Of a DNA stretch of 34,823 nucleotides, positions 26,257 to 33,731 are shown piece after piece (the stretch's first letter is position 1; each line of letters begins with the position of its first letter). This stretch comes from Eubacteriales bacterium (GTDB lineage: Bacteria; Bacillota; Clostridia; Oscillospirales; SIG627): positions 1-34,823 of the forward strand of contig JAZSLY010000086.1 of assembly GCA_045535585.1 (NCBI GenBank), read 5' to 3'. The notes beneath the pieces are model-generated. The model was not told the DNA's origin and searched no databases. It worked only from the letters and a program-made list of their open reading frames with translations. A program made the translations under genes and the position numbers.

Positions 26257-27195
26257 ATGAATAATTATCCTGAAATACAAGAATTATTGCAGCAACGGGC
26301 TGATTTGTACGCCCGACTTAAAGTGCTTGCTTATGACGGAACACCCGAAATAAAGGAAAACAAGAGTGGGAAATATTTATACGTTCGCAAGCGTGTTGGA
26401 AGCAGAGTGACCTCAACCTACGTTGACATTTATTCCGACGGACTGTATCAGCTTTTGCTTCGTAACAACGCTGAAGCAAAGGAGCTGAGAAAGCAAATTC
26501 GCAGGGTGGAAAAGAGCCTTGCTCAAATTGGCTTTGCCGAAGACGAGTTATCCCCCGACGTATTGCTGAATCTTGATTTTGCCCGAATAAATATGAAATT
26601 ATCCATTTATGAGCAGGCGGTTTTGGAGGGCGTGGCGACGTCTTTTCCTCAGACCGAGGATATTATTGAAAACGGCAAGGTGAACGGAGTAACGTCTTCC
26701 GACGTGCAAAAAATTCTTAACCTCAAGCACGCTTGGGAGTTTATCCTTGATAAAGACGTTTTGCAGGTAAAAAGCGATTATTCTATCCTTTGTCACGTGG
26801 CAAAGCTTGTAAACGAAGGCTTTTTTGAAAACGGAGGCAGAATTCGCGGTGTGCCCGTAACTATCGGCGGTTCTTCCTACGTTCCGCCTCTTCCCATTGA
26901 AACGGTAGTTATCGAAAATCTTCTGGAAATTCTGGGTTCAAACAAAGAGGCTCTTGATACGGCTGTTGAGCTTTGTTTATATTGTATGAAGGCACAGATT
27001 TTCAACGATGGAAACAAGCGCGCCTCCGTAATTTTTGCAAATCATTATTTAATTTCAAAGGCGGGAGGCTTGCTTGTTATTCCCGAAGCACAAGTGCCTG
27101 AATTCAAAAGGCTGCTTGTGGCATATTACGAAGACCGAGACAACGGAGAAATAAAGGAATTTTTAAAGGGGTATTGCCATAAGCATTTCAAGTAA
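26257..27195 (+). CDS. Fic/DOC-family protein with degenerate active-site motif
   Basis: The motif region QIFNDGNKRASV aligns to the canonical HxFx(D/E)GNGRxxR. The His, the second Gly and the last Arg are replaced. An upstream AVLEG segment occupies the position of the class-II inhibitory (S/T)xxxE(G/N) helix. Confidence 0.65.
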   Translation: MNNYPEIQELLQQRADLYARLKVLAYDGTPEIKENKSGKYLYVRKRVGSRVTSTYVDIYSDGLYQLLLRNNAEAKELRKQIRRVEKSLAQIGFAEDELSPDVLLNLDFARINMKLSIYEQAVLEGVATSFPQTEDIIENGKVNGVTSSDVQKILNLKHAWEFILDKDVLQVKSDYSILCHVAKLVNEGFFENGGRIRGVPVTIGGSSYVPPLPIETVVIENLLEILGSNKEALDTAVELCLYCMKAQIFNDGNKRASVIFANHYLISKAGGLLVIPEAQVPEFKRLLVAYYEDRDNGEIKEFLKGYCHKHFK

Positions 27196-27291
27196 ACAAG
27201 CGGCTAGCAGCCGCCGGCATATCTCGCCTATCATAATGCTTTTTTTACCTAAAGAAAGAAAAACGGCGAGGTCCATTTTAATGCAATTTCC
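27196..27291 (+). repeat. Structured intergenic repeat family, copy C
   Basis: gcggctagcagccgc-cggcatatctcgcctatcataatgc...agaaaaacggcgaggtccattttaatgcaatttcc. By eye it is about 85-90% identical to the reverse complement of copy B. Confidence 0.9.
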
Positions 27292-27302
27292 TATACAATA
27301 AA

Positions 27303-27344
27303 AAATGGCTGTAAAAAACTCTAACGAGTTTTTTACAGCCATTT
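27303..27344. terminator. Strong bidirectional hairpin between convergent genes
   Basis: A perfect 19-bp stem, aaatggctgtaaaaaactc / gagttttttacagccattt, with loop taac and A/T runs on both sides. Confidence 0.7.
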
Positions 27345-27360
27345 CTTAATCTTAAATATC

Positions 27361-27381
27361 TTTAGCGGAAAATCCGCTAAA
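27361..27381. repeat. Hairpin tttagcgg-aaaat-ccgctaaa (inverted copy of the core of the 20771-20801 hairpin)
   Basis: The same 8-bp arms and a complementary loop occur at 20776-20796. Confidence 0.6.
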
Positions 27382-27461
27382 CGCTATAAAAACAGAATAA
27401 GAGAAAAATGCAAATACATTTTTCTACCATAATTTTGCATTTTGCACTTTGCATTTATCAT

Positions 27462-27773
27462 TTAATAGGGATTAGTGAGCTTTATAATCAGCTCCATATT
27501 GTCGTCGTCGGCGCACTTATTGCGCACCACCTCTCCGCATTTGTCGCATTTGAAAACGATAATAAAGCCCTTTTTGGCGTCGGGGAGCGCCTGAATGGGA
27601 CGGAGCACACCTCGGCAGGAGTTATTTCTGTCACCCGGCATAACGTCTACGTGCAGGGAAGAAAGACACCTCGGACAATGATTGCGTGAGGTGTACCCGA
27701 GGGGCTTGACCTCGCTATTGCAGACGACGCAGGTGAAGCCGTTGTCGTTTTTCTGAAACCTTTTTTCTTCCAT
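27462..27773 (-). CDS. RNHCP domain-containing zinc-ribbon protein
   Basis: It contains the literal RNHCP motif (YTSRNHCPRCLSSLHVD), flanked by CVVC and CDKC pairs. An aggaga RBS precedes the start. Confidence 0.8.
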   Translation of the reverse strand: MEEKRFQKNDNGFTCVVCNSEVKPLGYTSRNHCPRCLSSLHVDVMPGDRNNSCRGVLRPIQALPDAKKGFIIVFKCDKCGEVVRNKCADDDNMELIIKLTNPY

Positions 27774-27781
27774 TGTTTCTC

Positions 27782-28261
27782 CTATTTATGATACTTTTTT
27801 CCTGCGAGTATAGTCATCGCGCGGTATATTTGCTCTGCCAGAATGACACGCATCAGCTGATACGGGAAGGTCATTTTTGAAAAGGAAAGCCTGAGGTCGC
27901 ACGCCCTCTTGACTCTGTCGGAAAGTCCGTGGGACGAGCCGATAATAAAGGTCACGTGGCTTTTGCCCTCGTTCTGACATCTTGAAAAAAGGGTGGCAAG
28001 CTCCTCGGAGGACAGCATTTTCCCCTCGACACAGAGGGCAACCTTAAAGGAGCGCTCGTCAAGTCGCGCGAGAATCTCCCGACCCTCCTTTTCAAGCGCC
28101 TTTTCCACAAGGGCGTCGGCGGTGTCGGTGACAGCTTCCTCTTTTATCAATATATCCTCAACCTTCGCCATACCCGATATGCGCTTGGTATATTCCGAAA
28201 AAGCGTCCTGCAGAAACTTTTCCTTGAAGTCGCCTACGTGAATTATGGTGACAGAGGTCAT
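27782..28261 (-). CDS. rlmH: 23S rRNA (pseudouridine1915-N3)-methyltransferase
   Basis: The 159-aa SPOUT protein has FIIGSSHGLS and TFPYQLMRVILAEQIYRA, typical of RlmH. Confidence 0.9.
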   Translation of the reverse strand: MTSVTIIHVGDFKEKFLQDAFSEYTKRISGMAKVEDILIKEEAVTDTADALVEKALEKEGREILARLDERSFKVALCVEGKMLSSEELATLFSRCQNEGKSHVTFIIGSSHGLSDRVKRACDLRLSFSKMTFPYQLMRVILAEQIYRAMTILAGKKYHK

Positions 28262-28821
28262 CGCTTTGCCACCCTGTCGAAGATTTGCTCTGCCATCTCA
28301 CTTTCTTTTCTCTTAAAGCGCACCTTCTCCACCTTTCCGTCCTTGAAGGTGAGCTTTAGCGTACCCTTGAAGAAAAGGAAGGGCTTTTTCAGGCGGATAC
28401 TCTCAAGCTCGGAAAGGTTGAAATTCCCCTTTTCACCGTTGTTGAAGAAGCCTGCCACCTCGCCGAGAAAGGTAAATCTTGCTTTCCCAAGGAAACAAAG
28501 CTCCTCCTTAACTACTTCCTCGGGGGATACCTCTGCCTCCTCTTCCTCTGCCACAGCCTCGGGGGCAGGGGTGTAGTTCTCAATACTGTGTCCTATTGCC
28601 TCCCACTCGTCAGGGGTAATTCTTGCGTGCCTCGGCTCGTCGTTTTTGCCCTTGGTCACAAGCCCTGCCTTCTCCATATAGCCTATCATAATGGAGGACA
28701 CGAGTGTGCTGGTGCCAAGGTGCTCTGCCAGTGACGACGGAGTCACCTCGCCCATCTCTACGGCGAAGGAGGCGGAGCGGTCAAAGTTCTCTCTATGGTT
28801 TTCGGGGATATTTATCGGCAT
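28258..28821 (-). CDS. Hypothetical protein: FtsK-gamma-like wHTH, acidic linker, beta-rich C-terminal domain
   Basis: SFAVEMGEVTPSSLAEHLGTSTLVSSIMIGYMEKAGLVTKGKNDEPRHARI resembles the FtsK gamma wHTH pattern. The linker is AEEEEAEVSPEE. Its stop overlaps the rlmH start by 4 nt. Confidence 0.45.
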   Translation of the reverse strand: MPINIPENHRENFDRSASFAVEMGEVTPSSLAEHLGTSTLVSSIMIGYMEKAGLVTKGKNDEPRHARITPDEWEAIGHSIENYTPAPEAVAEEEEAEVSPEEVVKEELCFLGKARFTFLGEVAGFFNNGEKGNFNLSELESIRLKKPFLFFKGTLKLTFKDGKVEKVRFKRKESEMAEQIFDRVAKR

Positions 28822-28923
28822 TATTTCTTCCTCATAAATTGATTTATATGTCCCATTATACTCTTTTTGAAAAATAAAGTCAATGATTGCCCGAAAAAAA
28901 TCCTTTATTTTAAGAATAAATAC

Positions 28924-28952
28924 TTGAATTCCTACTAAACCTATGGTATAAT
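28924..28952 (+). promoter_or_regulatory. Sigma70-type promoter of the rrf2-nifS-nifU operon
   Basis: TTGAAT (28924-29), a 17-nt spacer, then TATAAT (28947-52). Confidence 0.6.
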
Positions 28953-28965
28953 ACGGTGAAACAGA

Positions 28966-29040
28966 GGCATATCTCGCCTGACTTTGCCATTTTAGGCTTC
29001 AAGGCAAGGAAAAACGGCGAGTTTTATTTAATGCAATTTT
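28966..29040 (+). repeat. Structured intergenic repeat family, copy D (lacks the 5' GC hairpin)
   Basis: ggcatatctcgcctgactttgcc...ggcaaggaaaaacggcgagttttatttaatgcaatttt. It lies between the promoter and the rrf2 start codon. Confidence 0.8.
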
Positions 29041-29084
29041 AGACAGATAAAAAGATTTTTCTATTCAAAAGACAAGGAGTCAAA

Positions 29085-29537
29085 ATGAAGGTTTCAACTC
29101 GTGGGCGCTACGCCCTTAAAACCATGCTTTGCCTTGCAATGAACGGCGACGAGTATTTGCCGCTTAAAAGCATCGCTGACAGTCAGGGCATATCGGCAAA
29201 GTATCTGGAGCAGATAATAACCATGCTCCTTTCGGCGCATCTTATAAAGAGCACGAGAGGCAAGACGGGAGGGTACAAGCTGTGCCGTCATCCGTCGGAG
29301 TACAGCGTTGGCGAAATACTCCGTGCCACAGAGGGCTCGCTTGCGCCTATCGCCTGCGTGGAGGATTCCCCCAACAGATGCACCCAGAGCGCATCCTGCC
29401 CCACGCTTTTCTTCTGGGAGGGGCTTAATAAAACAATAAACGATTATATAAACTCGACTACCCTGGAGGACGTTGTCAATCAGGAAAAGAGCTTTAACAA
29501 AGGAGAAGGACACAAAAATGAGAATTTATGCAGATAA
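29085..29537 (+). CDS. Rrf2-family transcriptional regulator (IscR/CymR-like)
   Basis: It begins MKVSTRGRYALKTMLCLA. An HTH is present and three Cys residues (CVEDSPNRCTQSASC) could ligate a cluster. Confidence 0.9.
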   Translation: MKVSTRGRYALKTMLCLAMNGDEYLPLKSIADSQGISAKYLEQIITMLLSAHLIKSTRGKTGGYKLCRHPSEYSVGEILRATEGSLAPIACVEDSPNRCTQSASCPTLFFWEGLNKTINDYINSTTLEDVVNQEKSFNKGEGHKNENLCR

Positions 29538-30708
29538 CGCCGCTACCACCAAGGTCAGCGGTAGGGTACTGGAGGCAATGCTTCCTTACTATACGGAAAT
29601 CTACGGAAACCCCTCGTCCCTCAACACTACGGGACAGATTGCCGCAGAGCATCTTGCCGAGGCAAGAGAGAGGATAGCTTCCCTCATCGGCGCAACTCCC
29701 CGTGAGATTTACTTCACCTCGGGCGGAAGCGAAGCCGACAATCAGGCGATAATGAGCGCCGCAAGACACGGCAAGAAGAACGACAAACGCCATATAATTT
29801 CAACCAAGTTCGAGCACCACGCCGTGCTCCACACCCTTGACAGACTGAAAAAAGAGGGCTTTGAAATAACTCTCGTTGAGGTAGGCGAAAACGGAATCGT
29901 AGACCCCGAGGACATCAGGCGCGAGATAAGGGAGGACACTATTCTCGTTACCGTAATGATGGCGAATAACGAGATAGGCACCGTTCAGCCAATCGCCGAG
30001 ATAGGCAAAATTTGCCGTGAGCGTGGCGTAATCTTCCACACCGACGCCGTTCAGGGCGCGGGACATCTGCCTATAAACGTTGAAGAAATGATGGTGGATA
30101 TGCTCTCCGTTTCGGCGCATAAGTTCCACGGCCCCAAGGGCGTGGGCTTCCTCTATTGCAGACGCAGCGTAGTTCTGCATAACCTTATCGCAGGAGGCGG
30201 TCAGGAGAGAGGAAAGAGGGCAGGCACCGAAAACCTTGCGGGAATAGTTGGTATGAGCGTGGCTCTCAAGGACGCCGTAGAGAATATGAAGGAAGCAGGA
30301 GAAAAAACCACGGCGCTCCGTAATCGTCTGATGGCGGGACTTTCCGAGATTCCGCATTCCAAAATCAACGGAGACATAGAAAAGAGACTCCCGGGCAACG
30401 TGAATATCTGCTTTGAGGGAATAGAGGGAGAAAGCCTTCTTCTTCTCCTTGACGCAAGAGGAATTGAGGCGTCGTCGGGCTCTGCCTGCACTTCGGGCTC
30501 GCTTGACCCCAGCCACGTGCTTCTCTCTATCGGTCTTCCTCACGACGTGGCACACGGCTCGCTGAGACTGACTATCACAGAGGAGAACACCATGGAGGAA
30601 ATGGACTATATCATAAAGAACGTGCGTGAGGTTGTGGAATACCTTCGCTCCATTTCGCCCGTATGGGAGGAGCTAACGAAAGGCACGCGCGAATTTATTT
30701 TAAAGTAA
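29518..30708 (+). CDS. nifS: Cysteine desulfurase (NifS/IscS type)
   Basis: It begins MRIYADNAATT, with the PLP lysine region SVSAHKFHGPKG and the active-site loop SSGSACTSG. Confidence 0.92.
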   Translation: MRIYADNAATTKVSGRVLEAMLPYYTEIYGNPSSLNTTGQIAAEHLAEARERIASLIGATPREIYFTSGGSEADNQAIMSAARHGKKNDKRHIISTKFEHHAVLHTLDRLKKEGFEITLVEVGENGIVDPEDIRREIREDTILVTVMMANNEIGTVQPIAEIGKICRERGVIFHTDAVQGAGHLPINVEEMMVDMLSVSAHKFHGPKGVGFLYCRRSVVLHNLIAGGGQERGKRAGTENLAGIVGMSVALKDAVENMKEAGEKTTALRNRLMAGLSEIPHSKINGDIEKRLPGNVNICFEGIEGESLLLLLDARGIEASSGSACTSGSLDPSHVLLSIGLPHDVAHGSLRLTITEENTMEEMDYIIKNVREVVEYLRSISPVWEELTKGTREFILK

Positions 30709-30722
30709 GGAGAAAAGAAAAA

Positions 30723-31154
30723 ATGTTATATAGCGAAAAGGTAATGGACCATTTTACAAACCCCAGAAACGTGGGAGAAATCGAGAACGCCGACGGCATC
30801 GGAGAGGTCGGAAACGTTAAGTGCGGCGACATTATGAAAATTTATATCAAGGTTGAAAATAACATCATCGTTGACGTTAAGTTCAAGACCTTCGGCTGTG
30901 GCTCTGCTATTGCATCAAGCTCTATGGCAACCGAAATGATAAAGGGACATAGCATCGACGAAGCTCTTGCCCTTACCAACCGTGCGGTAGTTGAAGCCCT
31001 CGACGGACTTCCTGCCCAGAAGGTGCATTGCTCGGTGCTTGCCGAAGAAGCGGTAAAGGCGGCGGTGCGTGACTACTACGACAAGAACGGCATTGAGTAC
31101 GATAAAAAGCTCTTCTGCGACGGAAACTGCTGTTCTTGCGACAAGCACGAGTGA
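30723..31154 (+). CDS. nifU: Fe-S cluster assembly scaffold (NifU/IscU type)
   Basis: It has YSEKVMDHFTNPRNVG, then GNVKCGD, FGCGSAIASS and the HCS motif. Confidence 0.9.
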   Translation: MLYSEKVMDHFTNPRNVGEIENADGIGEVGNVKCGDIMKIYIKVENNIIVDVKFKTFGCGSAIASSSMATEMIKGHSIDEALALTNRAVVEALDGLPAQKVHCSVLAEEAVKAAVRDYYDKNGIEYDKKLFCDGNCCSCDKHE

Positions 31155-31963
31155 TGACGGTAAAGGAATTTTTAGAAAACGAAAAGATATACGAATATAG
31201 TATTCTTTCTGCATCCGAGGTGCGTATTATCGACCCTCGTCGGTGGGAAAGGCTCTTCGGCGGGGGCGTACCCCTCACCGTCGTGCCCTTCCTTATTCCC
31301 TACAAGACGGCGTGGGACGGGGAGAGCAATATATCCGTTTACGCCCACGCCCGTGACTATCACTATTATTTCGTTTCCCTTATCGAAAGGGCAAAGGCGG
31401 TGTTTGGTGACGGGGTGGTTGCCGCCTGCGACACCTCTCCCGTGGACGAGGTAGCGCTTGCACGTGACTCGGGGCTTGGGTCGTTTGGTAAAAACGGACT
31501 TATGATAAACGAAAGGTACGGCACCTACGCCTTCGTGGCAGAGCTTTTCTTCTCTCTGCCCGAGGACGACCCCGTGTTCCGCGGAATAGAAAAAAGGCAC
31601 GAAGGACAATTATGTCTTGGGTGTGACGCTTGCGTCAGGGCGTGCCCCACGGGTGCTATTCAGGACAAGACGAGGTGCATCTCCTATATCAATCAAAAGA
31701 AGAAGATAGACGACGGCGAGGAGGCGCTCATTCGGGCATCGGGCTCGGTGTGGGGGTGCGATATCTGCCAAAGCGTCTGCCCTATGAATAAAAGCGCCGA
31801 CGAAACGGAAATACCCTTTTTCAAGGAAGAAAGACACCCCTATCTTACCCGTGAGCTTGTAGACGAAGTGGAAAGAACGGGAGAATTTGAAAAGAGGGCT
31901 TACGCCTGGCGTGGCGTGGAGGTAGTACGGAGGAATTTGCGTATATGTCAGGAAAAGAAATGA
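31154..31963 (+). CDS. QueG-like 4Fe-4S protein (epoxyqueuosine reductase-like, short form)
   Basis: CLGCDACVRACPTGAI, then CISYINQ, then WGCDICQSVCPMN resembles the QueG cluster layout. The start overlaps the nifU stop (TGATG). Confidence 0.55.
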   Translation: MTVKEFLENEKIYEYSILSASEVRIIDPRRWERLFGGGVPLTVVPFLIPYKTAWDGESNISVYAHARDYHYYFVSLIERAKAVFGDGVVAACDTSPVDEVALARDSGLGSFGKNGLMINERYGTYAFVAELFFSLPEDDPVFRGIEKRHEGQLCLGCDACVRACPTGAIQDKTRCISYINQKKKIDDGEEALIRASGSVWGCDICQSVCPMNKSADETEIPFFKEERHPYLTRELVDEVERTGEFEKRAYAWRGVEVVRRNLRICQEKK

Positions 31964-32595
31964 AGTGCCCTGCCTCCCGTGGCAGAAAAAAAGAGAGAGC
32001 CGAGGCTTTTTCCGCCTTTTTGAAGGAGCAGTACCCCGACGCCCTCTGTGCCCTTGAATACGGGGGCGACCCATATCGGCTTCTCGTTATGGCAAGGCTG
32101 TCTGCCCAATGCACCGACAAGCGTGTCAACGAGGTGTCAGCGCCTCTTTTTCGGGCGTTTCCCACTCCCGAAGCAATGGCTCACGCCGAGCTTTCGGAAA
32201 TAGAAAATATCATTCGCCCCTGCGGACTTTTTCGCACCAAGGCGGAGAGCATAAAAAATATGTCCCGTGAGCTTATTGAGCGCCACGGTGGCAAAGTACC
32301 CGATACATACGAGGAGCTTGTGGCTCTCTCGGGCGTTGGACTTAAAATAGCCAACCTTATTTTAGGGGACGTTTTTGGCAACAGCTCCATCGTTCCCGAC
32401 ACCCATTGTATGAGGATTTCTCATAAGCTGGGGCTTATCTCAAAGGCGGAGCCCGTCACTTGCGAAAGAGAGCTTAATTCACTTATTCCAAAGGAGGAAA
32501 GGTCCTCCTTCTGCCACAGAATAGTTCTCTTCGGCAGAGAATTCTGCAAAGCGCCCACCCCTCTTTGTGACGAGTGCCCATTTAATAAGAAATAA
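31945..32595 (+). CDS. nth: Endonuclease III
   Basis: It has an HhH-GPD region (LVALSGVGLKIANLILG), LSAQCTDKRVN, and a C-terminal 4Fe-4S loop CxxxxxxCxxCxxxxxC (CKAPTPLCDECPF). An alternative start is ATG 31960, in an ATGA overlap with the upstream stop. Confidence 0.9.
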   Translation: MSGKEMKCPASRGRKKERAEAFSAFLKEQYPDALCALEYGGDPYRLLVMARLSAQCTDKRVNEVSAPLFRAFPTPEAMAHAELSEIENIIRPCGLFRTKAESIKNMSRELIERHGGKVPDTYEELVALSGVGLKIANLILGDVFGNSSIVPDTHCMRISHKLGLISKAEPVTCERELNSLIPKEERSSFCHRIVLFGREFCKAPTPLCDECPFNKK

Positions 32596-32695
32596 CAACT
32601 TTTGACACGGGTGGCGTGTTAGAATTGATTATCCCGTCTTGACACGAGCAAAAAAACCCGAGAAGCAGAAACGGTGAAAAAAGAGGTATAAAGCT

Positions 32696-33676
32696 ATGAA
32701 GGATAACAACGTGGTTATTTATCAGGATGACAACGGAACGACGAAGGTTTCGGTTCGTTTTTCGGAAGATGATCTGTGGCTCACTCGGTCACAAATAACC
32801 GAGCTTTATCAAACAAGCAAATCAAACGTAAGTGAGCATATAAAGAACATATTGACGGATGGAGAACTGGAGGAAGCTTCAGTTGTGCGGAAATTCCGAA
32901 CAACTCCCACCGACGGTAAAGTCTATAACGTTGCTCACTACAATCTTGATATGATTATTGCACTTGGCTATAGAGTTCAGTCACAGGTTGCAACACGGTT
33001 TAGACGATGGGCAACCGAAAGACTGCACGAATATATGCAAAAGGGCTTTGCAATGGACGACGAGCGGTTAAAGCAGGGCGGAAACAGATATTTCAGAGAA
33101 TTATTACAACGCATCAGGGATATCCGTTCATCAGAAAGAAATTTCTATCAGCAGGTCACAGATATTTATGCTACCTCTACCGATTATGATCCCCGTTCGG
33201 AGTTAACGAAGGTGTTTTTTTCTACCGTCCAGAACAAATTGCATTTTGCAGTTCACGAGCATACTGCGGCAGAGGTTATATACGAGCGTGTAGATAATGA
33301 AAAGCCACTCGTAGGAATGACTAATTTCAAAGGCAATTATATAACGAAGGACGACGTAAAAATTGCAAAGAATTATCTTTCGGAAATTGAATTGCAAAGG
33401 TTGAATCTGCTTGTTTCGCAATTTCTTGACTTTGCAGAATTTCAAGCGCTGGAACAAATTCCTATGTCTATGCAGGATTGGATAGATTCGCTTGATAATC
33501 AGATAATTTCCAACAAAAGAAAACTGCTCGAGGGAAAAGGCAACGTATCTCACAGACAAGCAATAGAAAAAGCAGAAAAAGAATTTGAAATTTATCGCGA
33601 AAGGGAAATGAGACAGTTAGAAAGTGATTTTGACAAGGCTGTTAAAGCACTGGCTCAAAGCTCAGACAACACGTAA
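32696..33676 (+). CDS. rhuM: RhuM-family protein
   Basis: The blocks VVIYQDDNGTTKVSVRFSEDDLWLTRSQITELYQTSKSNVSEHIKNI, ALGYRVQS..ATRFRRWATERLHEY and ERNFYQQVTDIYATSTDY are typical RhuM family blocks. Confidence 0.85.
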   Translation: MKDNNVVIYQDDNGTTKVSVRFSEDDLWLTRSQITELYQTSKSNVSEHIKNILTDGELEEASVVRKFRTTPTDGKVYNVAHYNLDMIIALGYRVQSQVATRFRRWATERLHEYMQKGFAMDDERLKQGGNRYFRELLQRIRDIRSSERNFYQQVTDIYATSTDYDPRSELTKVFFSTVQNKLHFAVHEHTAAEVIYERVDNEKPLVGMTNFKGNYITKDDVKIAKNYLSEIELQRLNLLVSQFLDFAEFQALEQIPMSMQDWIDSLDNQIISNKRKLLEGKGNVSHRQAIEKAEKEFEIYREREMRQLESDFDKAVKALAQSSDNT

Positions 33677-33731
33677 TCTATGATTCATATGAGATAAGGA
33701 CATCGGGCTTTATCCAAAGGAGGTGTATACT

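Noticed and set aside
32600-32660. ttgacacg repeated twice upstream of rhuM, with ttgaca...tagaat considered as its promoter.
   Set aside because: The spacer between ttgaca and tagaat is only 12 nt, and the second ttgaca has no -10 at a proper distance. Support is too weak to call.
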